Shown: positions 19,609 to 30,625, counted from the whole stretch's first letter. The stretch is 63,896 nucleotides of DNA, filler included, from 6 parts of 6 records of this genome joined end to end with filler, not necessarily neighbours in it; one strand, 5' to 3'. A program made the numbers and translations. Notes: generated from the sequence alone by a model not told the origin.

Positions 19609-20556
19609 GTGTCCTCACCCGAATTGACCAATACCATCCGTACATTGATCAAACAGGAATCTCTTCCCGATTCCTACGCCGACACCGTCAAAAAGACCAT
19701 CCTACCCCTGGCCCAGCACCTGCACAGTCTCAAACAGGCCCGAAACGAGCCCATCGTCATTGGCATCCACGGCGCTCAGGGTACTGGAAAATCCACGCTG
19801 ACCCTGTTCCTCCGGGAACTGCTGACCAATCATTATCGAATCCCCACGGCCAGTTTTTCCCTCGACGACCTCTATCTCACCCGTGCAGAGCGGGAGCAGC
19901 GAGCAAACGAAATCCACCCGCTGTTCATTACCCGAGGCGTTCCCGGCACCCACGACCTGGCATTGGGGCAGCACGTTGTTGACCAACTGAAAGCCGCCCA
20001 CCGGGACACGGAAACCGCCATTCCAGCGTTTGATAAGTCCCGGGATGACCGTTACCCGAAAGCACAGTGGCCTGTTTTCAAGGGCAGGGCCGACATCATC
20101 CTGGTGGAGGGCTGGTGCGTGGGAGCCGTTCCAGCGGGTAGCGAAGAGGAATTGATGGAGCCAGTCAACGAACTGGAGCGGTCCGAGGACCCTGAGGGCC
20201 TGTGGCGTCGAAACGTGAATAGCTGCCTGAAAGGTCAGTATGGTCGGTTTTTCAGCCAGCTCGACAGCCTGATCATGCTGCGTGCTCCCTCCATGGAGTG
20301 CGTGCTGACATGGCGCACCCTACAGGAGCAGAAGTTAAGGGATCGTTCTCGGGCTGCACCAAAAGAGAGCGCGTCTGATCAAAAGGCCGGGAATGAGTTA
20401 CGCATCATGAGCAATGAGGAAATTGCCCGATTCATCATGCACTACGAACGGATCACCCGCGCCAGCCTGCAAGAAATGCCCGCCCGCGCCGATTGCGTGA
20501 TCAATGTCGGTGAAGACCACAGTTTCGGTGAACCGCTGATCCGTCAGCGCCAATAG
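19609..20556 (+). CDS. D-glycerate 3-kinase-like P-loop kinase (GLYK type)
   Basis: GIHGAQGTGKST, SLDDLYL, RGVPGTHD, FDKSRDDR, EGWCVG, WRTLQE motifs; heads a glucosylglycerate cluster; start inferred. Confidence 0.8.
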   Translation: MSSPELTNTIRTLIKQESLPDSYADTVKKTILPLAQHLHSLKQARNEPIVIGIHGAQGTGKSTLTLFLRELLTNHYRIPTASFSLDDLYLTRAEREQRANEIHPLFITRGVPGTHDLALGQHVVDQLKAAHRDTETAIPAFDKSRDDRYPKAQWPVFKGRADIILVEGWCVGAVPAGSEEELMEPVNELERSEDPEGLWRRNVNSCLKGQYGRFFSQLDSLIMLRAPSMECVLTWRTLQEQKLRDRSRAAPKESASDQKAGNELRIMSNEEIARFIMHYERITRASLQEMPARADCVINVGEDHSFGEPLIRQRQ

Positions 20557-20567
20557 AGGACATTGCC

Positions 20568-21371
20568 ATGGCCAAACCCAGACTGCTCCTGTTTTCCGAC
20601 CTGGACGGCACACTTCTGGACCACGACAGTTACGACTGGTCGCCCGCGAAGCCAGCGCTTGAGCGGCTGGCGGCGGCGGACATCCCGGTGGTGCTCAATT
20701 CCAGTAAAACCGCAGGAGAGATACACGCCGTGCGGGAGCAACTGGGAAACACGGCGCCTTTCATTGTTGAAAATGGCGCTGCCGTTATTGTCCCCGCGAA
20801 CTGTTTTGGATCGGGCCCTGAGCAAGTGCAGAGTTTTGGGGCATCCCGGGATGAGGTGTTAACCCTGCTGAAGGAATGTCGGGCTGAGGGTTTTCAGTTC
20901 CGCAGTTTTGCGGATATGAGCCCGGCGGAGCTGGCCGGGCACGCCAAACTCTCTGAACCGGAAGCAAAACTGGCGAAAGACCGCGCCGGCACAGAGCCAT
21001 TGCTGTGGGAAGGAGACGAGGATTCGCTGGCCAAATTTCGCGAGAAATTGGATGAACACGACTGCCGTCTGGTGCAGGGCGGGCGCTTTCTCCATGCCAT
21101 GGGCACTTTTGATAAAGCCGATGGGGTCCGTTTTTTGCTGGGTAAATACAGGGAACACTTTGAGCAGGACCGGCTGATTGCCATTGCACTGGGCGACAGT
21201 CCCAACGACCAACACATGCTGGAGGAAGCCGATATCGCGGTTATCGTTCGGGGCGTCCACTCAGAGAGCGTATCCCTGCCATCCCAGAGCCGGGCAATAC
21301 GGTCCATTAAGGCCGGTCCGGCGGGGTGGAACGAATGCGTGCTGAATCTTCTGATTGAGTACGGTTACTGA
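20568..21371 (+). CDS. Glucosyl/mannosyl-3-phosphoglycerate phosphatase (HAD-IIB)
   Basis: DLDGTLLD, NSSKT, ENGA, GGRFLH, GDSPND motifs. Confidence 0.92.
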   Translation: MAKPRLLLFSDLDGTLLDHDSYDWSPAKPALERLAAADIPVVLNSSKTAGEIHAVREQLGNTAPFIVENGAAVIVPANCFGSGPEQVQSFGASRDEVLTLLKECRAEGFQFRSFADMSPAELAGHAKLSEPEAKLAKDRAGTEPLLWEGDEDSLAKFREKLDEHDCRLVQGGRFLHAMGTFDKADGVRFLLGKYREHFEQDRLIAIALGDSPNDQHMLEEADIAVIVRGVHSESVSLPSQSRAIRSIKAGPAGWNECVLNLLIEYGY

Positions 21372-21400
21372 AACCGGGTACTAACCACAGGAGAGCCGCC

Positions 21401-22621
21401 ATGGGCGACTTTTACCAGAACGGCATCATCACAACCCTTCATAACCTGTGCCGACGGCCGGTGGAAGAGCTGGAGCGGGAACTTATGGGGTTCCGCAAAG
21501 AGCGACCGATGTCGCTGGTGCTGCCATCCCTGTACTCAGAGCTTGAAGGCCCGGCCCTTAAGAACATTGTGAAAGAACTCGCCAAAGTGCCGTATCTCGA
21601 GCAGATCGTCATCGGCCTTGATCGCGCCAACGAGGAGGAATATCGGCACGCCCTGGCGTATTTCTCCGAACTGCCCCAGCATGTGCGTGTGCTCTGGAAC
21701 GACGGCCCACGGCTGAAAGCGCTGGATTTGCAACTGCGCGAGCAGAACCTGGCACCCACAGAAATGGGTAAGGGGAGGAACGTCTGGTATTGCTTTGGTT
21801 ACGTGCTTGCCTCCGGCAAGAGCAAATCGGTTGCCCTCCACGACTGCGACATCCTGACCTATTCCCGTGACCTGGTGGCAAGGCTGATCTACCCGGTGGC
21901 CAATCCCGGTTTCAATTACATGTTCTGCAAAGGCTACTACGCCCGGGTAGCGGATGGCGCAATGAACGGCCGTGTTAGTCGGTTGCTGGTCACACCCCTG
22001 ATTCGTGCGCTGAAGAAAGTGTGCGGCCCTAGCGACTTCCTGGACTATCTCGACAGCTACCGGTATCCGCTGGCGGGGGAATTCTCGTTCCGGACCGACG
22101 TCATTAACGACTTGCGCATACCCAGCGACTGGGGGCTGGAAGTGGGCGTGCTCTCGGAGATGAAGCGCAACTATGCCACCAACCGCCTTTGCCAGGTGGA
22201 CATCGCGGATACCTACGATCATAAGCATCAGGAATTATCGCCGGAGGACGCCAGCCGCGGCCTGTCCAAAATGAGCACCGACATCAGCAAGGCCCTGTTC
22301 CGCAAGCTGGCCACCAATGGCGAAATCTTCTCCAACGAAAAGTTCCGCACCATCAAGGCGGCCTACTTCCGCATTGCGCTGGACTTTGTTGAAACCTACC
22401 AGAGCGATGCGGTGATCAACGGATTGAGCTTTGACCGGCATAAGGAAGAGAAAGCGGTGGAGTTGTTTGCCCAGAATGTCATGCGGGCAGGGGCCTACTT
22501 TCTGGACAACCCCATGGACACACCGTTTATTCCGAGCTGGAATCGCGTCACCAGTGCCATTCCGGATATCAAGCAACAGCTTCTCGAGGCCGTAGAGCTG
22601 GACAACGAGGAGTATCGGTAG
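21401..22621 (+). CDS. gpgS: Glucosyl-3-phosphoglycerate synthase
   Basis: [16 protein letters not shown] start; GKGRNVW, HDCDI, CKGYYAR, GRVSRL, DWGLEVG, YDHKHQ motifs; operon context. Confidence 0.85.
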   Translation: MGDFYQNGIITTLHNLCRRPVEELERELMGFRKERPMSLVLPSLYSELEGPALKNIVKELAKVPYLEQIVIGLDRANEEEYRHALAYFSELPQHVRVLWNDGPRLKALDLQLREQNLAPTEMGKGRNVWYCFGYVLASGKSKSVALHDCDILTYSRDLVARLIYPVANPGFNYMFCKGYYARVADGAMNGRVSRLLVTPLIRALKKVCGPSDFLDYLDSYRYPLAGEFSFRTDVINDLRIPSDWGLEVGVLSEMKRNYATNRLCQVDIADTYDHKHQELSPEDASRGLSKMSTDISKALFRKLATNGEIFSNEKFRTIKAAYFRIALDFVETYQSDAVINGLSFDRHKEEKAVELFAQNVMRAGAYFLDNPMDTPFIPSWNRVTSAIPDIKQQLLEAVELDNEEYR

Positions 22622-22622
22622 C

Positions 22623-24353
22623 ATGAGCAATACCCTGCATCACAAGCTCGCCACGATGCTGGACGTGGTTTACCCGGAAGCGGATACGGGCGTCCTCGCG
22701 GATCAACTGCTCGAAACCATGGGGCTGGCGTGGGATACGTCGGCGCCCCCGGCCCACCAGAATAACTGGGACGAATCTGATGTCATGTTGATTACCTACG
22801 CGGACACCGTCCAGCGCAAGGGTGAGAAGCCACTTCAGACCCTGAACCGGTTTCTCGACGACTGCCTGAATGACACCATGTCCGCCGTGCATATCCTGCC
22901 GTTTTTCCCCTACAGCTCGGACGACGGTTTTTCCGTTATGGATTATCTGGCGGTCAATGAATCCCATGGCGACTGGACAGACATCGAGCGAATAGCTGAC
23001 GACTACAAACTGATGGCGGACCTGGTGATCAACCACATGTCGGCCCGCAGCCGCTGGTTCGAGAATTTCCGGAAACGGGTCGATCCTGGCAAGGATTACT
23101 TCTTCGAGGCCAGGCCAACAGACGACCTGAGCGCTGTGGTCCGGCCCCGCACATCCCCGTTGCTTAACGCCGTACAGACAGAGGATGGCGAGCGTTACGT
23201 CTGGTGCACCTTCAGTGAAGACCAGGTGGACCTGAATTTTGCAAACCCCCAGGTGCTGAACGAATTTGTGGGCATCATCCGCTACTATCTCGAGCGGGGC
23301 GTGACCATTTTCCGGCTCGACGCGGTGGCTTTTCTATGGAAAGAGGTGGGTACGCCGTCCATCCATCTGCAGCAAACCCACGAACTGATCAAGATTCTGC
23401 GCCTGTTGATTGAACACCACACCCCCGAGAGCGTTGTCATTACGGAAACCAACGTTCCCAACCGCGAGAATCTGACCTACTTCGGCAACGCCAACGAAGC
23501 CCATGTGATCTACAACTTTTCGTTGCCGCCGCTGCTGATCAACACTCTGGTCACTGGCAACTGCCGCCACCTGAAAACCTGGCTGATGAGCATGCCGCCG
23601 GCGCAGATGGGCACCACCTATCTCAACTTCATTGCCTCCCATGATGGCGTGGGCCTGCGCCCAACAGACGGCCTGTTGACGGAAGAAGAGAAGCTGCGAC
23701 TGATCAACACCATGGAATCCTTCGGCGGTAAAGTCTCCTATCGGCGTACGCCAGATGGCAAGGATCAGCCCTATGAAATGAACGTGGCGTTGTTTGATGC
23801 CTTAAAGGGAACAGCGGAGAGAGGCTCTGACCATTGGCAGTTGCACCGCTTTATCTGCGCTCACACCGTTATGCTGGCCCTGGAAGGGATTCCTGCGTTC
23901 TACATCCACAGCCTGCTGGGCACTGAGAACGACCATGAGCGGGTTGAGAACACCGGTCGTCTGCGTTCCATCAACCGAGGGCAGTGGAATCTGGACACTT
24001 TGGAAGCAGAGCTGGCGGACCCGCTGAGCCATCATCACAACGTGTTCACCGAGCTCAAGCGCCTGATTGCCATTCGCCGAAAGCAGCCCGCCTTCCACCC
24101 CAACGCTACCCAGTTCACCCTCCATCTCGGTTTGCAGCTGTTCGGCTTCTGGCGCCAGAGCATGCGCCGTGACCAGTCGATCTTCTGCATTCACAACATC
24201 ACCGATGAGGTCCAGCAGGTGTCCCTTGGCGACATTAACCTGATAGGAACCGACCAGTGGCAGGACCTGATCTCCGGCCTGAAGATTGACGACCTGTCTG
24301 GCAGCCTGACTCTCAAGCCCTATCAAAGTGTGTGGTTGTCGAACCGGGAATGA
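22623..24353 (+). CDS. GH13_18 sugar phosphorylase, probably glucosylglycerate phosphorylase
   Basis: [32 protein letters not shown] and PYEMN motifs (YcjM-like). Confidence 0.88.
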   Translation: MSNTLHHKLATMLDVVYPEADTGVLADQLLETMGLAWDTSAPPAHQNNWDESDVMLITYADTVQRKGEKPLQTLNRFLDDCLNDTMSAVHILPFFPYSSDDGFSVMDYLAVNESHGDWTDIERIADDYKLMADLVINHMSARSRWFENFRKRVDPGKDYFFEARPTDDLSAVVRPRTSPLLNAVQTEDGERYVWCTFSEDQVDLNFANPQVLNEFVGIIRYYLERGVTIFRLDAVAFLWKEVGTPSIHLQQTHELIKILRLLIEHHTPESVVITETNVPNRENLTYFGNANEAHVIYNFSLPPLLINTLVTGNCRHLKTWLMSMPPAQMGTTYLNFIASHDGVGLRPTDGLLTEEEKLRLINTMESFGGKVSYRRTPDGKDQPYEMNVALFDALKGTAERGSDHWQLHRFICAHTVMLALEGIPAFYIHSLLGTENDHERVENTGRLRSINRGQWNLDTLEAELADPLSHHHNVFTELKRLIAIRRKQPAFHPNATQFTLHLGLQLFGFWRQSMRRDQSIFCIHNITDEVQQVSLGDINLIGTDQWQDLISGLKIDDLSGSLTLKPYQSVWLSNRE

Positions 24354-24368
24354 TGGCAGAATGCGCGG

Positions 24369-25481
24369 ATGCCATCGACAGCCCAGCCCCGCATTCTATT
24401 ATTGTCCGCCTACGACGCCGGCAGCCATCAACGCTGGCGTGAACAACTGGTGGCCAGCCAGCCCGATTTCGATTGGGAGGTGCTGGCGCTCCCGCCCCGC
24501 TTTTTCCGCTGGCGGATTCGCGGCAATGCACTGACCTGGCTGCAGGAGCCGGCGCTAAAGGCCCACTATGATCTTCTGGTGGTGACCTCCATGGTGGATC
24601 TGGCGTCCCTGAAGGGGTTCCATCCTCATCTGGCGCGTACGCCCACGATTCTCTACATGCATGAGAACCAGTTTGCCTACCCGGATTCCGGCCGGCAGCA
24701 TTCCAGTGCCGAGCCCAAAATCGTTAATCTCTACAGCGCCGTTGCCGCGGATAAAGTGCTGTTCAACAGCGCGTGGAACCGGGACAGCTTTCTGGATGGC
24801 GCCCGCCGTTTCCTGGAAATGATGCCGGACGGGCTCCCCGATGGCCTGCTGGTGGGTATCGGCAGGAAATCCCAGGTCGTTCCCGTGCCGATCGAAGATC
24901 GCCTGTTTGTTGAAAGAGAGAAACCGATCAACGCACAGTGCCCCCATCTCCTATGGAATCACCGCTGGGAATACGACAAGGCGCCAGACCGGCTGTCTCT
25001 GTTGCTGGATTCGCTTGCCGGCGCCGGCCAGGACTTCCGGTTGAGTGTGGTAGGGGAGCAGTTTCGCAAGGAGCCCGAGGCATTCGGTGGTATACGTGAG
25101 CGACACCGGGAGCGCATAGTGAACTGGGGATACCTGCAGAGCAGGGCGGATTACGACGGTTTGCTGGGCGAAGCTGATGTGGCTATCTCCACCGCTCTTC
25201 ATGATTTCCAGGGACTGTCGGTATTGGAGGCGATGGCATCTGGCTGCCTGGCATTGGCGCCGGACCGGCTGGCCTACCCGGAATATGTACCAGCGGCGCA
25301 ACGCTATGCCAGTCACGTGGATAATCCAGCGGCGGAGGCTGACGCCGCGGCCGGTCTACTAAGCCGCTTAATACATCAACCACCGGAGACTCGCAGGCCC
25401 GGAGAATGGCGGCTCAGTGAACTGCAAATGAAATATTACAAAGTGATCAGTGCAACCCTGGGCCAGCAGACGGTATCCTGA
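24369..25481 (+). CDS. DUF3524/GT4 glycosyltransferase (tRNA-queuosine mannosyltransferase QTMAN/GTDC1-like)
   Basis: SAYDAGSH..W, LPPRFFRWRIRG, YMHENQFAYP, WNHRWEYDK, HDFQGLSVLEA motifs. Confidence 0.85.
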   Translation: MPSTAQPRILLLSAYDAGSHQRWREQLVASQPDFDWEVLALPPRFFRWRIRGNALTWLQEPALKAHYDLLVVTSMVDLASLKGFHPHLARTPTILYMHENQFAYPDSGRQHSSAEPKIVNLYSAVAADKVLFNSAWNRDSFLDGARRFLEMMPDGLPDGLLVGIGRKSQVVPVPIEDRLFVEREKPINAQCPHLLWNHRWEYDKAPDRLSLLLDSLAGAGQDFRLSVVGEQFRKEPEAFGGIRERHRERIVNWGYLQSRADYDGLLGEADVAISTALHDFQGLSVLEAMASGCLALAPDRLAYPEYVPAAQRYASHVDNPAAEADAAAGLLSRLIHQPPETRRPGEWRLSELQMKYYKVISATLGQQTVS

Positions 25482-25510
25482 GCCTGACCCAAAACACGGA
25501 GTAAGCGCAG

Positions 25511-26479
25511 ATGATGAGAGCCATCAAAGTCAGTGGCGACACACTGAGCTGGGAAGCGTATGAAGCGCCTTCCGAGGTGCCCGAAAATCATGTGGCTATT
25601 GATATTGCGTGGACCGCCATCAACCGCGCGGATCTGATGCAGAAGGCCGGTGTGTATCCGCCACCGCCCGGGGCGTCGGACATCCTGGGCCTGGAAGTCA
25701 GCGGGACTATTTCCAGGGTGGGTGAGGGTGTTCATCACCTCAAACCCGGTGATGAAGTCTGCGCACTGCTTACGGGCGGTGGTTATGCCACCCATGTGGT
25801 GGTGCCTGCGGTTCAGGTGTTGCCCGCTCCAAAGGGTTACAGCCTGAAAGAGGCAGCGGCCATTCCTGAAGTGTTTGCGACCGCCTGGCTGAATCTCTAT
25901 CACGAAGCTGCACTCAAGCCTGGGGAGAAAGTGCTGGTCCACGCAGCGGCCAGTGGCCTTGGTACGGCAGTGATTCAATTGGCAACGGCTCTCGGCAATC
26001 CGGTGTTTGCCACGGCCGGCGACAACGACAAACTCGAGATCTGCAGAAGGCTGGGCGCCAGCGGTGTCTGGAATCGCAAGGACGGTTCGTTCGTCGATGC
26101 CATCAAATCCTGGGGCGGGGTGGACATGGTGCTGGACCCCGTTGGCGGAAACTACATCGCCGAAGACCAGAAAGTATTGAATATGGATGGCCGAATCATA
26201 CTCATTGGCCTGATGGGCGGTCGTATGGCGGAAGTCGATCTGGGGTTGATGTTGATGAAACGCCATCGCCTGATCGGTTCAACCCTTCGGTCCCGGCCCG
26301 TGGCGGACAAGGGTGACGTCATGAGTGCCCTGTATAAGCATGTCTGGCCACTGCTCAGTGCCCGGCAGATTGATCCGGTGATTGATAGTGCCTGGCCTAT
26401 CGAGAAGGCCGGGGAAGCCATGGCCTATGTGGCGGAGAATCGAAACATCGGGAAAGTCTTGTTGCAGGTTGCCGGGTAA
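25511..26479 (+). CDS. NAD(P)H-quinone oxidoreductase, PIG3 family
   Basis: INRADLMQKAGVYPPPPGASDILGLE, GSTLRSR, NIGKVLL. Confidence 0.92.
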   Translation: MMRAIKVSGDTLSWEAYEAPSEVPENHVAIDIAWTAINRADLMQKAGVYPPPPGASDILGLEVSGTISRVGEGVHHLKPGDEVCALLTGGGYATHVVVPAVQVLPAPKGYSLKEAAAIPEVFATAWLNLYHEAALKPGEKVLVHAAASGLGTAVIQLATALGNPVFATAGDNDKLEICRRLGASGVWNRKDGSFVDAIKSWGGVDMVLDPVGGNYIAEDQKVLNMDGRIILIGLMGGRMAEVDLGLMLMKRHRLIGSTLRSRPVADKGDVMSALYKHVWPLLSARQIDPVIDSAWPIEKAGEAMAYVAENRNIGKVLLQVAG

Positions 26480-26505
26480 ACCTCCTTCCCTGGAGGTTTT
26501 CCGGA

Positions 26506-27531
26506 TCAATCGGCGATGTGTACCAACTGCTTGCCGAAGTTTTTCCCTTTCAGCATACCCTTGAAGGCTTCCGGTGCGTTTTCCAGGCCTTCCGCGATGG
26601 TCTCACGGTATTTGAGCTCGCCAGAAGCCACACGGTCCGCCAGGATATTGGTGATTTCCTGATGTTTGTCCTGCCACTCTGTGACCAGGAAGAAACGGTG
26701 CTCCGGCACTGGGTCCAGCGCCTTGAGTACGTGGAAAGGTGTTTCCACGGACCCCATGTCCTCGGCATTGTAAGCGGACACGAAGCCGCAGATAGGTACC
26801 CGAGCGCCAGGGTTGAGTAACGGCGCCACAGCACGGGTCACGGCACCGCCCACGTTTTCGAAGTAGATGTCGATGCCGTCGGGGCAGGCGGCCTTGAGAT
26901 CGGCTTCGAGGTTGCCGGCCTTATAATCCACGCAGGCATCAAAACCCAACTCTTCCACCACATACCGGCATTTCTCCGGGCCTCCGGCCACGCCGACGGT
27001 ACGGCAACCTTCTTTCCTGGCAGTTTGACCAACCACCGTGCCCACCGGGCCAGACGCGGCGGACACCACAACGGTCTCGCCGGATGTCGGCTTGCCGACG
27101 TACATCAGGCCGCAATAACCGGTGCGTCCGGGCATCCCGGCAACGCCAAGGTAGGCCTGCAGGGGCACGTTGTCCTTCGGTTCAATCTTGTAGACCATCT
27201 CCGCATTGGCAGGGAACACTACATACTCCTGCCAGCCCGAGTAACAGGTCACCAGGTCACCCACTTTGAGGTTGTCTGACCGGGACTCGACGATCCGTGC
27301 GACGCTTTCGCCAACGACGACCTCGTCAAGGCCAATGGGATCCATGTAGCCCTTGGCATCGTTCATGCGGGGGCGCATGTAAGGGTCCAGCGACAGCCAT
27401 AGCACTTTGGCCAGGACCTCACCTTCTTTCAGTTCGCGGACTGGCCGCTCTTCAAGGGCCAGGTCACCCTCCTGAATTTCGCCCTGCGGGCGCTGCTTGA
27501 GAATCACCGCTCGATTGGTATGGTTGGTCAC
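26506..27531 (-). CDS. NADP-dependent oxidoreductase (CurA/prostaglandin reductase-like)
   Basis: LSLDPYMR, GMPGRTGY, VSAASGPVG, YFENVGG, GKNFGKQLV. Confidence 0.93.
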   Translation of the reverse strand: MTNHTNRAVILKQRPQGEIQEGDLALEERPVRELKEGEVLAKVLWLSLDPYMRPRMNDAKGYMDPIGLDEVVVGESVARIVESRSDNLKVGDLVTCYSGWQEYVVFPANAEMVYKIEPKDNVPLQAYLGVAGMPGRTGYCGLMYVGKPTSGETVVVSAASGPVGTVVGQTARKEGCRTVGVAGGPEKCRYVVEELGFDACVDYKAGNLEADLKAACPDGIDIYFENVGGAVTRAVAPLLNPGARVPICGFVSAYNAEDMGSVETPFHVLKALDPVPEHRFFLVTEWQDKHQEITNILADRVASGELKYRETIAEGLENAPEAFKGMLKGKNFGKQLVHIAD

Positions 27532-27735
27532 AAATCATCTCCGGTTGCATAATGAAACCAGATTAGGGTGCAGCAGATTCGTTTTGAGGTCAACATCCCG
27601 GCTTTGCGAAACCGGGGTTACATTCTCCTGCCTGATCGTTATAATCACCCAAGCTCAGGACGAGCTGTTTGTTGAACGACGCCAATTTCAGACATCTTCA
27701 GGGACCGAAGACATGCCCCAGGCAACCGGACTGCA

Positions 27736-27835
27736 NNNNNNNNNNNNNNNNNNNNNNNNNNNNNNNNNNNNNNNNNNNNTTAATTAATTAANNNNNNNNN
27801 NNNNNNNNNNNNNNNNNNNNNNNNNNNNNNNNNNN
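27736..27835. other. Artificial contig spacer
   Basis: N44-TTAATTAATTAA-N44, giving stops in all six frames. Confidence 0.99.
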
Positions 27836-28342
27836 GCCGGCCTGGTAGTGGCCTGGCACGTTGCATGCGAACTCAATGTCGCCTTTTTCCGTAAACTTCC
27901 AGACAACTTCCTTGCTCTGTCCGGGCTCAAGCAACACGCTGTTTGGATCGTCATGCTTCATGGTTTTTCCGTTGCCCATGTCCATGCTCATCATGTCGTG
28001 ATTCAGCTTCCCGCCCTGGATGACGCCATGTTCGACCATCATCATCATTTCCTCCTGATGCCCCTCATGCATCTCAGGTGTGCCGATGTTGAACTCGTGA
28101 ACGAGGTTCCCCTTGTTCTCCACCACGAACCGCACCGTTTCCCCGGGGCTTACGATGATTGATCCCGGTTCATAGTAATTGTCGTACATTTCGACTGTTA
28201 TGGTTCGGCTGGCCTCTGAGGCTTTGCCGGGCTCACCACTCGCAGCGCCGTGATCATGTCCTCCACCATGGGTTCCAGCGGCAAAGGTGGTCGCCGACAA
28301 TAAGATAGTTGCGGCAGCAACGAGGAATTTTGATACGGTCAT
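27836..28342 (-). CDS. CopI-like periplasmic cupredoxin, 3'-truncated by contig end
   Basis: Signal peptide, His-rich N-terminus, HEFNIG, Met-rich segment, FACNVPGHYQAG copper-site motif; AAGGAG RBS. Confidence 0.88.
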
Positions 28343-28440
28343 ATATCTTCTCCTTTGAACAGCTTTGGCCCTGAGGGCCGGGTTGTCTCACTCAAAACTT
28401 GAGCAATATCCAGAAGCGGTTGCTACCATCGCTCAGCAAC

Positions 28441-28456
28441 CTGAATCCAGGCTGAA
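28441..28456. promoter_or_regulatory. Putative OmpR-family binding box
   Basis: CTGAA-N6-CTGAA direct repeat (11-bp period) in the divergent promoter. Confidence 0.45.
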
Positions 28457-28545
28457 AATCGGAATTATTTTTTGTTCTGGCACAATTCAGCTTGGGCAGC
28501 GACACTGACGGACTCTGATGCTCAATTTAGAAAGGCAGTTCAGGA

Positions 28546-29214
28546 ATGAGATTACTTCTGGTGGAAGATGACTACCTGCTGACAAATGGGCTAAGCGCCC
28601 AACTGGAAAAGGCCGGTTTCAGCGTGGATACCGCCCGTACAGCGCGGGAAGCCCGGCACCTCGGGCAGCAGGAAAGTTACCGCGCCGGTATTCTTGACCT
28701 GGGCCTGCCCGACGGCAACGGCCTGGACGTACTGAAACAGTGGCGGACGCATAAGGTCAGTTTCCCGGTGTTGATCCTGACCGCCAGGGGAGACTGGCAG
28801 GACAAGGTCAATGGCTTGAAGGCCGGCGCCGATGATTACCTCGCGAAGCCTTTCCAGACCGAAGAGCTGATTGCCCGACTTCACGCCATCGTCCGGCGAA
28901 GCGAAGGCAGAATAATGGATACCCTGACAGCGGGCCGGTTCGAGCTGGACGAAAATCGCCAGACGTTAAGGGCCGGTGACGAGACCGAACATAGCCTGAC
29001 CGGTACGGAGTTCCGTTTGCTCCGATGTCTGATGAGTCGTCCCGGGCAGGTTTTCTCGAAAGAACAGCTTCTCGACCAGCTATACAGCATCGACGACATA
29101 CCCAGCGAGAACGTGATCGAAGCGTATGTGCGGCGGCTCAGGAAGCTGGTGGGACCGGACACCATCAAGACCCGACGTGGTCAGGGGTACCTGTTCGATG
29201 CCGATAGCCGTTAG
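28546..29214 (+). CDS. OmpR/PhoP-family response regulator
   Basis: LLVEDD, LDLGLPDGNG, GADDYLAKPF, IKTRRGQGY. Confidence 0.95.
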   Translation: MRLLLVEDDYLLTNGLSAQLEKAGFSVDTARTAREARHLGQQESYRAGILDLGLPDGNGLDVLKQWRTHKVSFPVLILTARGDWQDKVNGLKAGADDYLAKPFQTEELIARLHAIVRRSEGRIMDTLTAGRFELDENRQTLRAGDETEHSLTGTEFRLLRCLMSRPGQVFSKEQLLDQLYSIDDIPSENVIEAYVRRLRKLVGPDTIKTRRGQGYLFDADSR

Positions 29215-30568
29215 ACCTCGCTCAGTCAGGGGGATGCTCCTGATTCTGCTGCTTCCGGCCGGCATTGGTCTGATGGCACTGGCTTGGATCATCCATGGGG
29301 CCTTGCTGGAGAGGATGACCATGGACTTAGTAGAACGCCGCTTGAAAGATGAGGTAGCTTTTCTGGAACACCAGATCCGCCAATCCGGTGGCCAGATTGA
29401 TACACTCCAGACCGGCGACTATTTTCAGGAAGTGCTCCTCCACGCCTTCGCCATCGCCATCGCTTCTCCGTCTGGGCAGTCCATCTCACCGGAGACCTGG
29501 ACTCCGATTCTGAGGCCGTTGCTCACCTCCGGGCAGGAGGGAGCCGTGAGAGCCAGGGATGCTGAGGTACCATCTGCGCCTTCCCAAATGCTTGGGTATC
29601 GCCGTGCCTTCACGGTCGACGGAAACCCCTTCGTGATCATTGTTGCCGAGGATATGGAGGCGCTTCATCGGAGCCAGGCCAAACTCCATATCTGGACTGC
29701 CGTCGTCTCGGTTTTACTGGTCATTCTGATGATCGGGAGCATATGGCTGGGAATCACTCTGGCCCTGCGGTCAATAGCGGGCCTTCAGATGAACCTGAAA
29801 AAACTTCAGTCAGGCGAGCTCTCCCGTATTAACGCAGACGGCCCGGAGGAGTTCCAGCCCCTCGTCCGGCAACTCAATCGACTGCTGGATTCACTGGATG
29901 ACCGGCTGGAACGCTCCCGTGACGCACTTGCCAACCTTTCCCACAGCGTGAAAACCCCCATAGCGGCTGTCAGACAGATCCTGGAAGACACCAGTCGCCC
30001 GCTCGATGAGAAGCTGAGATGGGAAATGGCGGCGCGCCTCGACGACATAGATGCTCAGCTTGAGGCCGAAATGCGGCGAAGCCGGTTTGCGGGTCCACAG
30101 GTCGGCCAAAGTGTATGTCCGATCAAACAGGCCCGGGATCTGCTGTGGATGCTTGGCCGCCTCTACCCCGATAAATCTTTTGAATTGTCAACGGATCTGC
30201 CTGAAAACCATCGCTGGCCTGTCGAGGAGCATGATCTGAACGAAATCCTTGGCAACTTGCTGGATAACGCAGGCAAATGGTCATCCCGCTGGGTGGAGCT
30301 CACGCTGAGTGAAGATCAAGAGCAGTTAAAAATTATCATCAGCGACGACGGAGCGGGCGTATCAGAAACAGCCCACTCACAATTGGGCAAGCGAGGATTG
30401 AGGCTGGACGAGCAAACACCCGGTCATGGATTGGGGCTGGCTATTGTCCACGCAATAGTTGAGCGTTATCAGGGACAGGTTCATTACACGTCCAGTAAGG
30501 TAGGAGGCCTTACTGCAGTTGTTGTAATCCCTGGTTCTGATCGATTCGGCGACCGGTCAGACAACTGA
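29198..30568 (+). CDS. Sensor histidine kinase (PhoQ/CarS-like)
   Basis: Two TMs, H-box LSHSVKTP, GNLLDNAGKW, DDGAG, GHGLGLAIV; overlaps the regulator. Confidence 0.93.
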   Translation: MPIAVRPRSVRGMLLILLLPAGIGLMALAWIIHGALLERMTMDLVERRLKDEVAFLEHQIRQSGGQIDTLQTGDYFQEVLLHAFAIAIASPSGQSISPETWTPILRPLLTSGQEGAVRARDAEVPSAPSQMLGYRRAFTVDGNPFVIIVAEDMEALHRSQAKLHIWTAVVSVLLVILMIGSIWLGITLALRSIAGLQMNLKKLQSGELSRINADGPEEFQPLVRQLNRLLDSLDDRLERSRDALANLSHSVKTPIAAVRQILEDTSRPLDEKLRWEMAARLDDIDAQLEAEMRRSRFAGPQVGQSVCPIKQARDLLWMLGRLYPDKSFELSTDLPENHRWPVEEHDLNEILGNLLDNAGKWSSRWVELTLSEDQEQLKIIISDDGAGVSETAHSQLGKRGLRLDEQTPGHGLGLAIVHAIVERYQGQVHYTSSKVGGLTAVVVIPGSDRFGDRSDN

Positions 30569-30625
30569 CACCTTCACCCTCCATTCTCTATGCTTCAAGT
30601 CAAATTCTGAATCGCCACCAGTTCT

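Noticed and set aside
27780-27791. Recurring TTAATTAATTAA as a biological repeat
   Set aside because: Artificial six-frame-stop linker inside N runs
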